A stretch of 64,000 nucleotides of DNA from Chrysomallon squamiferum. Lineage: Eukaryota > Animalia > Mollusca. Below, piece by piece: positions 58,128-64,000 of the stretch. The notes beneath the pieces were generated by a model. The model did no database searches. It saw only the letters and a list, made by a program, of their open reading frames with translations, and was not told the origin of the DNA. The stretch is taken from assembly GCA_012295275.1 (NCBI GenBank), contig CM022668.1:2170001-2234000 (forward strand). Direction: 5' to 3'. Within the stretch, counting starts at the first letter, position 1; every line of letters begins with the position of its first letter. Made by a program: the position numbers and the translations under genes.

Positions 58128-61100
58128 GTAAGACATTGCACAGTGATGTACAGCATTAGAATCAGCGACAGCCCAGTGAATCACACAGAAACATGTTCTA
58201 TGTACATCATGAATTACCTGTACAGATCATACAATCAGAACTCATTTTGAAGTAAACACAGATTTAGGTAAAAAAAATCAAAAAAAAAATCAGAATTATA
58301 CTGATTGAATTAACTGCAGAATTAGATAAAAAAAAAAAAAAATTAATCAAAATTATACTGATTATAAAAGAATTTATCAAGAGAAGTAGTCCTGTTATCA
58401 ATTATCTATACAGACTGAAATAAAAATCAGAAGAACTTCTGATACAAAGTTAATTATGTTGAAAGTACAAGTCCATATTCTGATGATTCATATAAACTAT
58501 TACAAAAACTTGAACACTGATATAATGAAATGTTTATCAGAACAAAGAATCCCAGCTATAAATACATTCTGATACAATAGTGATGAATGATATAAAAAAA
58601 TCATAATTCTGATTTAATAAGGCCTTGTTCGTTTATCACAAAACTTGTAAACAAAATGCATCATTATAACCAGTTTCCCACAATTCCAAAGACTATCCCA
58701 TAATGCATTGCTGTCCTTGCAAAATAAAAATGTTCACAAATTGGCTCTTTTATTTGCATCACTGAAATTATGACTTCCATGAAGAAAATATTTTTAATTT
58801 ACAGTTTATAAAGTATTTAAATAAAATACAATACATACAAAAATTTAAATTCTAAATTAATTCTGATGCAGTAATAAATGATAATTGCATATCAGAACAC
58901 ACTGTGATAAAATTGTGAAATTATGATCTCAAATCAGAAAATATTTTTAGATTTTAAAATGACAATGTATTTAAAAATCTAAATACAATTTTAATTAATT
59001 AAGTCAACACTTTATAATGTGATAGTAGTAAATGAAAATAAAGAAAAGTAAAAAAAAGTAATAACAAATTTTGAAAAGTTAATATAAATAATCATGTTGT
59101 GAATTATGAGAAATAATTTCTAGAAACAAGAACACAGGATATTCTGAGAAATTTAATTTAACCCAGAATCAAATTATAGAAAATATTCAGAAATAAAGAT
59201 TAAATACAGGATATATTCTATGAATTTAAATTTTTTCTGTCAGAATGTTGCCAAAGTTAACTGGAATATGTATTCTTAGAATTTAAATGTAAAGTTGTAA
59301 ATCTGAATGTAATCCTGGAATTAAACCAAAATATTATAGAATTTAAGTTTATTTTGTTGAACATTTGAATTTTAATGGTAAACCATGTTATACATGTGTA
59401 AATATGTATTCTCAGAACATTAGACTGAAAATTAGAATGTTCCTAGAATTTTCAATTCTAAATCAGAATATATTCCTGAAACTGCTGTCACTCAACATAA
59501 TCTGCAAATTATTTCTGTCAGTAAATTTATTAAAACAAAATCAAAATGTTTAATTTATAATGTTTCACGTTCTCTGTCTTTTCCTCTTGTTTAATATTTC
59601 AATAAAATCAAATCAGTACAAAAATCAGTTAACACTTTGATATCACAGGAACCGTAACTCTGCTATTGATAAAATAACAAATCTAAGGATTCTATCAACA
59701 GCAGTAGGGTCATCAAGAGCCAGGTAAAAACTTCAGATCAAAGTCTGCACTGGTAAACGATGCTATAAAAATGGCCCAATTCAAAATATGTAAATAATAT
59801 GCTGTTTTTATTATTTTTTTATTTTCTTAACAAAAATTATTATAAATGTTTAAGGCACAGTTAACAATTATCACAAATTAACTGCAGAAGTAAGATGCCT
59901 GTTAAAATTGTAAATAAAAATATTTTCTATGTATTCAACATCAACAACATTTTCAGTGTACAGGTATGTTTTTATATATTATGCATGAAGCAGTAATTAT
60001 GCATGTATTTCGAATACCTAAAAGAAAATATTGAAAACAAAGTATAATTTCAGTCTTAAAAGACAAGTAGTCACTATGCATTTCACAAACAGATTAAAGT
60101 GGGGGACAATATATTTGGTTCTCTCCCCCAACCTATTTTTCAGTATCATTGTATTCAGAAGTTAGATTCAGCAGTTTAAAATATCACAGTACATACAGAC
60201 CACCAATTACACACACTGGTTATCTCCCTTTTAACAGTTTTAGTTATCTCCCTTCTTAATGCAGAAGTAATGAATTCCTGTTTTTGTAAATAATAATTAT
60301 AATGATGAATTCCTGTTTTTGTAAATTTGTTTAATTTATCTCCCTTATTTAAAATATAAAATGTTTTTCACAGTTCTGATTATAATTTATTTTCTTTATT
60401 ACATATTTTTACAAACTGAATTATGTATCTTAACTAATGCTGATTATAATTTTCTTTAACTTTTTTACATTTCTATTGTTTAGATTGTTTGTTTGTTTGT
60501 TTGTTTTGTTATTATTATTCATTTACTATATTTCACATTTTTAAGCTACTTGCTGATTTATCTTTGTTTTAAAACATCCATCAAGCAAAAATGCAAGTAT
60601 CAATAATATTATTTCTGTTTTTCATTTGCTGAATGAAAATGTGTGTGTGTGTTCTGCTAAATGATAAAAACCAAAACAATTACAGAATTTTATCACATGA
60701 TCAGAAAAGAGAAAAATAAAAATGTACAGTAATATAGTTTCATAAAGATTATCTATGCAAAAAACCCCAACTAACATTGAGAGAATATTTTTCTCTGGGT
60801 ATATGTGAATTAATTTAAAAAAAAAAAAAATAATTAAAAATAAAATTAAAAGAATGAATTACTGAACCAGTCAGATTTGAACCAATATACTATAAAAATT
60901 AAATATTTAAAAAATATATATAAATACAAAATAAAATAACATAAAATAAAATTTCCTTTACAGAACACATTTGTTTGTTACATGTACTTGTAAAACAAAT
61001 TCTGAAAACACTAAAACAAGAAATTTTCTTCTTTACTTTGATAAATACATGATGCATTAGAAAAAATAATGTTTAAAAAATAATTATAAATAATTATGTG

Positions 61101-62646
61101 AAACAGTTCACTTTGTTTAGATAATTTACTTCTGTTACTGGTTTGTTAATACATAAAATATTATGAGTTTTAGCTTAGTTTTGAAGACATTGTTTAAAAC
61201 TTCTTGGTAAATGCTGTGCTGCAAGTAAGTTCAAATCATACAGGAAATAAAAAGAACCAGTGGAAAGTTCTGTACTGACATTTTTACAGCATACCCTGAT
61301 AAAAATAACCAGAAAATAACATGACAGTAAACTGGAGGCTGATTTAGAAATAAAAGTATTTTGTTAAGTTCACCTGATCTCTGAAACAATTACTAGCTTT
61401 TTTGATACACTCAAAAATAGTCTACATTTATCTTATTTCTTGTCAGGAAAATTCTGTAATACTATCATAAATATGTAAAATTCTCATTTAAAATCTATAT
61501 ATTTTTTTTTTTTTTCTTATTTTTACTTTAATTATATTACAAAGAATTCTCCCAAAGAATTACATGATTTTATAATATCCTAATGTGTCAGACATGAAGC
61601 AGTTTATCAAAGTTTCAAAAATCAGACATTAGAAAGTTGTCATTAAAAGCACTGACTTGCATCAACAGAGTTTTTATAAGCAAGCCTACAAAGACATAAA
61701 TTATTTTACACTAAAAATAAGTTAAACGTTAGAACTAAAACATTTGTTTTAAATAAGAGAGATCTGGTTGATTGTCTAGTGTGATATAAATAGTTTTGTA
61801 CAAGTGTTATATATCTCATATATTATATATCTTATATGTCTCTATATTACAGTGTTTTATATATAACAGATTGGTTCTTTGTTTTGTAAGTGAAAATAAA
61901 TCATTTGTTAAATGTGGGGTAAAAAGACAGGAATTAAAATTATTGTGAAAAAATTTGGCTGTGCAAATTATTTGATACTTTAAAAAAAAATAAAAAAAAA
62001 AAAATATTAACTATTCTTTTCATTGCTATTATTTTTTAATCAGAAGTTGAATTTGAAATAAAAATTTAAAAAAAACTATTTCATCAAAATGTTTTAAATA
62101 TAATTTTTATAGTAACAAACTTGGATTTGAAATAATTAATAAAAAATAAAAAAAAAAACCCCACTTCATAGCCTTTACATTAATTGATCCAGTTACTGAA
62201 TTACTTAACATCTAGTTATCAATAGTTATACAGTTTATGTTATTTGTGTTTACTTGTATATGTTTATGTTTACAAGAGGCTTCATCTGAAATCAAGTCTT
62301 CAACAGTGGAGACTTGATCCTGCTTCTCATTTCATCTGCCATGTGTCACTTCAGTCTGTACTGACATCTTGGTGACATGTGACACCAGTGACATATGACA
62401 GTCATCTCTACAAATCAAATACTCCAACAGGTACTAACTGATACAAAGACAAAATTAGATATGTCTGTTTAAAAGCTGGTAGAATGTAGACAAAGGTGAA
62501 AGAAATTAGAATATATAATTTTAAAAATTTTAAATAAATAAATAAATAAAAAGACTTCACATAGGACACAGGAAATGTGTGAAACTGAAGAGATTTGTTG
62601 AACAAGAAACAAAACTTACTACAGAGGAATGCATGCATATTATTAC

Positions 62647-62718
<72 letters not shown>

Positions 62719-64000
62719 ACTTTTAAACAGTACAGCTGTATAAATTTGAGACAATTTCACTTTTAACACCTGTATTTTTATTAACACAGATGATTCTAAT
62801 AAAGGTATTTCATTACACCTGAAACAAAGAGACTTCTCATTAATAGACAAAAACCCTGTTTGGTCATTTGTAAAACTTGAAAGTCCACACTTACATTCAT
62901 TCAACATTTAACTCTACAATATTTTTTTATATTTTTTTTTTTATTTTAAAAATTCAGTTTTTAAAATTAGATTTAAAAAAAAATAATGAAATCTGAGTTC
63001 ACTCTAAATTATGATATTTGTTGAAAGTTTTAAAAATTCAGTTAAATTTTTATATAATTCATATTTGGAATATTTTGTTGTACTGAAGATAACAAATTCT
63101 TTCTGTTCTTTCAAGTTTTACAAACTAGACCAATTATTTATTTTTATTTTCATAAAAAAAGTTTTATGAACAAATCTTTGGATTTCAGTTGTCTCTGATA
63201 TTTCGTAAAGTTTTTTTCTCTGAAATCAGTTTCTTCAAAATCTTTTGTTTATTCTTAATGTGTGCTCTGCAATGCTGTTTCATAGTCAGCTGAACAATGT
63301 TTCATAGTCATTTGCATCCAATCTAACAACTGTGTCTTGTTAGTTTTATTTTTTTCAAAAGGAAACTGGAGTATTATTCATAAAGTATTTTTTCTGTAAT
63401 GAAAAATGACATTTTTATAGAAGTTGTATACTTGAAGTTTGAAACTCATGAAGTTTTCTGTGCATGAAATGAGTTTATTCATGAAATTAACCTCAGCTAT
63501 GAAATTCCTGAAGTCATTTTGTTCTTGAAGTAAAATGAGTTTTCTTCTCCATATTCCTGAAGTTATTAAACTCGAGTTTGTGATTCATGAAGTTCTTTTG
63601 TTCTGTAAGTGAAATGAGTTTATTCATGAATTTGTCGGTTACTGTTCATGATCTAAGTTCTATATGTAATGTGCAGTTCATGAAATCTGTCAATATTTTC
63701 CAACTAGAATGTAAAAATGTTGATTATTTGGTTTTTATTATTAATCTTTTTTTTTATGTTAACAAAAACCAGATGGCTTTATCAGGATTATCTCCAGCCA
63801 GCAATAATCTCATAATTTTACTTTTCTTATTCAGAAATCTTCTTGTACATTCTTTAAATTTTTAAATTCAATTTTCGTCATTTGTAAAATTTTGGTTTCC
63901 TGAATTTTTCTGTACCCTTCATGTTTTCATTTTCATTTTAATTTTCTTTATTTGCAATTTCATGAATTCTTTTGTACTTTAAAAAAAAATTCATTTCATT

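Noticed and set aside
63380-63700. Degenerate ttcatgaagt-type repeat and 92-aa ORF
   Set aside because: Low-complexity decayed repeat with no domain signal.

Overview
AT-rich, microsatellite-dense animal genomic DNA with spliceosomal introns, probably a lophotrochozoan such as a mollusc (inferred from composition and repeat style only). The left half (1-37.8 kb) is a rearranged duplication cluster. Two large inverted arms (~3845-15288 and ~16310-32415) flank a 200-N assembly gap. Each arm carries a decayed Penelope-like retroelement (SGNH-like domain, RT, GIY-YIG), a multi-exon DUF4470 + C-terminal zf-MYND gene, and an internally deleted fragment of a class I SAM methyltransferase. The parent methyltransferase gene lies at 33078-35688 (-), and its 5' part is duplicated again at 1-2958. 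The two DUF4470-MYND copies differ sharply: the left copy has a 3.6-kb frame-preserving deletion, the right copy has an in-frame TGA, and their exons diverge far more than the adjacent UTR. The right half holds a clean 12-exon SLC35F5 gene (42275-52955, -), a probable promoter region near 54.2-54.7 kb, and mostly intronic or intergenic sequence. All exon boundaries were read by hand. The inverted orientation spans a scaffold gap and could be a haplotype or assembly effect.
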